DNA of 64,000 nucleotides from Dimargaris cristalligena (Eukaryota): NCBI GenBank assembly GCA_003614675.1, contig ML002232.1, positions 1 to 64,000 of the forward strand, read 5' to 3'. Shown piece by piece: positions 62,915 to 64,000 of this stretch (position 1 is its first letter; each line of letters starts with the position of its first letter). The notes under the pieces were generated by a model. It saw only the letters and a program-made list of their open reading frames with translations, ran no database searches and was not told where the DNA came from. The position numbers and the translations under genes were made by a program.

Positions 62915-64000
62915 ATGCCTGAACTGGATCCCCTCCCTCGGCCGGTGGGTACCTCCGGCACCGCCTCGATAAACCTGACCATAGTCGACGGTATACGCCA
63001 GCTCATCGACAAGGAGCTCCCTGCCGTACTGGCCCACACCGAGCAGCGTTTCCCCGAATATTGGGTTATAGCCGAGGACCTTCTGGCCGACCTATTAACA
63101 GACCACTTGGTAAGCCAATTCTCCTAAGCCATTATTGCCTTCGACATCAATAGTTCGCATCTATGAATGTGATGTGGGGCTTGCCGATAGTGGGCCAGAA
63201 CCGCTGGATATTTTCCTGGCCGCAATAGATTTGTCGGCCGCCGCCTTTTCTCCTTAATAATATATATTGCTCTTATTATATTAATACGCATGGTCTATCT
63301 ACCGGCCACAATTGGCCTAGTCTCAATGTGATAGTACCTCCGAAGAACTACTTTCAACTCTCATCGATCAAAAAATAGCCGTACGGCGACGGTATACACT
63401 CACGCCCGACCATGCCTGGTACCTCTACTTTATTCCCAAGCAACCAGGTAGGACTATGCCTGATTTCCTTGTAATGTTTCTGCCACAAGCCACCCAAACC
63501 TCCCGACACCTTTGCCTGCATTATAACGGTGTACCATGTGAGTGGAACGGGTATGCCATACAAATTATTTACTTAGCTTTACCCTCCCCCTTGGTATGTA
63601 CAATGCAGTCGGTCCGCTGGTCGCAGAAGAGGCCCCTCTATCTCCTATTACACCCAAATCCCCCCCAGTAACAAATGCCCGGCCTACGACAGATCCTGCA
63701 AAGATTAAAATTACCAATGCCGATACGACGCCCGTCCAACCTGTTGTTAAACGGTTACGGACATCCACTGGCGGCCGTTTGTCCAAACCATTTCGTTCAC
63801 CACTTAGGGTTTCTGCCACCCAACAGCAGCCAGCCCAAAGCGCAGGTCCGCGTACCGTAACCGGGGATGCCTCCACTACTGTGCGGACGCCCTCGAGACT
63901 GACCCCACCAATGAGCAATATAGTCTCACCAAAACGACAGCTATTTGGGACCCGCACCAAATCCCAGATTCTCGCAAACCCCACCCTCACTACCGCGAAT
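62915..64000 (+). CDS. 5' part of a gene running off the window; SP/TP-rich with KR...LSKPFRSPL motif (Sfr1/Mei5-like, alternatively a Rad54-type N-terminus); exons 62915-63109, 63321-63447, 63609->64000
   Basis: Phase-consistent GT-AG splicing gives an open frame to the window end containing VKRLRTSTGGRLSKPFRSPLR; the diagnostic C-terminal domain lies outside the window. Confidence 0.55.

Overview
Eukaryotic, fungal-type genomic DNA with GT-AG introns, GC-rich exons and microsatellite-rich spacers. An early-diverging fungus is most plausible (gene content and style suggest Zoopagomycota, but that is inference, not proof). Recognisable housekeeping genes: phosphoacetylglucosamine mutase (AGM1/PGM3), ARMC8/Gid5, Bet1 SNARE, a 15-PGDH-like SDR, CHO2/PEM1, an Abp1/drebrin-like protein with two SH3 domains, a PX-BAR sorting nexin, cysteine dioxygenase, a Mic12-like protein, RAD17, and a partial gene with a KPFRSPL motif (Sfr1/Rad54-like) head-to-head with RAD17. 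Between these lie six genes I could not assign to a family that encode signal-peptide proteins, and a tandem pair of 344-aa 7-transmembrane GPCR-like paralogs. The most interesting signal is that five of the secreted, largely disordered proteins carry short motifs normally used in the cytosol: Atg8-interacting-like motifs, LC8 dynein-light-chain QT motifs and a PP1 RVxF motif. This is what translocated effectors would look like, but such motifs also arise by chance. The left end is almost devoid of CpG, and the adjacent secreted gene appears truncated by C-to-T-type stop codons. Exon boundaries were read by hand and are unverified. No rRNA, tRNA or CRISPR array was found.
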